Shown: in pieces, positions 62,971-64,000 of the stretch | Layout: each line of letters starts with the position of its first letter | How positions within the stretch are numbered: position 1 is the first letter of the stretch | NCBI GenBank assembly: GCA_038496445.1 | Contig: JALMLS010000342.1 | Location: forward strand, 1 to 64,000 | Length of the DNA: 64,000 nt | Source of the DNA: Trichosphaerium sp. ATCC 40318 | Lineage: Eukaryota; Protista; Tubulinea | Direction: 5' to 3' | Position numbers and translations under genes: made by a program | Notes under the pieces: generated by a model | Told to the model about the DNA's origin: nothing | Databases searched by the model: none | The model's input: the letters and a program-made list of their open reading frames with translations, nothing else

Positions 62971-64000
62971 TTAAGATGTTGGTTTTTTTGTAGATAGGAT
63001 TCGTTGAAAAAACCCTGGTTGTTCTTCGTTCTGTGCAGCAACAAGTTGAGCTGCAAGGTCATCTTTTGCCTTCTTTTCACGTTCGAGAGCAATCTCAAGC
63101 TGACGAATCTTGTCCTCCAAATCCTTTGTTGTAGCACCTGAAACTGGTTCTTTGTCCTATGGTTTTAAAAAGTTACTCAAAATGCTCAATGTATATGAGT
63201 TCATATAGCGTACATCTTTAGGTTTGAAGTACTCTTCCATACGAGCTATTACTAAGTCACGCATAAACATCATGTCTTCTTCAGCATATTTATGAACAAG
63301 ACCAATGGCTACAGGTCAAATTAACAACAGTATTAATCACGTGAGAAATTACCTGTATCATTCAACTCCAAGATATAAATTTTGCCATCCTTCTTACTGT
63401 GTAAGATATCTAAACCGAGTATATCTACGCCTCCGAAAAGTGCAGCACACTGTTCTTGATGTTAGGGTAATTTTATTCACAAATCTTGTACCTCATCAGC
63501 CCACAATTTAAATTCGTCACTCAACTCCTGATACTTAAGTTATTCAAAAGTCTCATTACAAATAAGTACCATATCCTCAATAACAGCCATGTTGCCTACA
63601 TTACCCTTCCAATTTGGTGATCTACGCCTGAAAACTCGATAGTGTGGTCTATAAGGGTGTGAATAGCATATACATTCGCACAAATAGTCTTACCCGATTT
63701 TTTGTATTCTACCATCCCAATCCCAATCAATAAACGGTTCAGCTGTAACCTAAAAGAAAGGTCACTCGACGCACGTGCCACAGAAACCGTACGTAATCGC
63801 CGTTTATTGCACAAACGCTCGCAAAATCTCTAAAGTCACCTTGGTTCGTTAGTCTCATCTTGCCATAACCAGAGTGGCAATGCCCAACCTGTGGTTGTCA
63901 ATGTTAATATTAAAGCATAAATAGGTAATATGTTACTTGCTTTACAAACAATAGGAAACTCTGGAGAGATGAGCATTTCCTTGTGAGACGGGTAATACGT
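62971..64000 (-). CDS. Synapsin-like ATP-grasp protein (3' part; runs off window)
   Basis: VGHCHSGYGKMRLTNQGDFRDFASV, VTAEPFID, RIQKIG, NWKGNVG, KLWADE, LFGGVDI and ILELND follow the synapsin C domain in order. Confidence 0.88.

Noticed and set aside
1-64000. Stop-codon reassignment to explain the many short ORFs
   Set aside because: In-frame stops fall within introns once splicing is applied, and TAA, TAG and TGA all terminate genes
1-64000. CRISPR arrays, tRNA/rRNA genes, intact transposons
   Set aside because: No repeat-spacer structure, cloverleaf, rRNA signature, or transposase/RT motif seen

Overview
Gene-dense, AT-rich eukaryotic nuclear DNA with many short introns (about 33-200 nt). 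The gene content (filamin/gelation-factor-like proteins, actophorin-like cofilin, F-box-SH2, RasGEF-RGS, lysyl oxidase) suggests a free-living amoeboid protist, probably Amoebozoa (inference). About 27 spliced genes could be reconstructed by hand, many in tight head-to-head pairs. No rRNA, tRNA, CRISPR array or intact transposon is evident. The most striking items are: (1) an F-box fused to a PP2A B55 propeller that keeps the substrate groove but has a shortened scaffold-binding arm, so it may be a repurposed SCF receptor; (2) an intron-containing fusion of a bacterial DUF5615 PIN nuclease, a DCX-like fold and an NCLDV-style AEP primase with a Zn ribbon; (3) a PP2C-RasGEF-RGS triple fusion; (4) a membrane-anchored lysyl oxidase with intact catalytic motifs; (5) an unusual splicing grammar, with many weak GC donors, C at +4, and AAG/GAG acceptors; (6) strong genome-wide excess of CACGTG. 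All exon structures and domain calls come from manual translation and motif recall, not from database searches.
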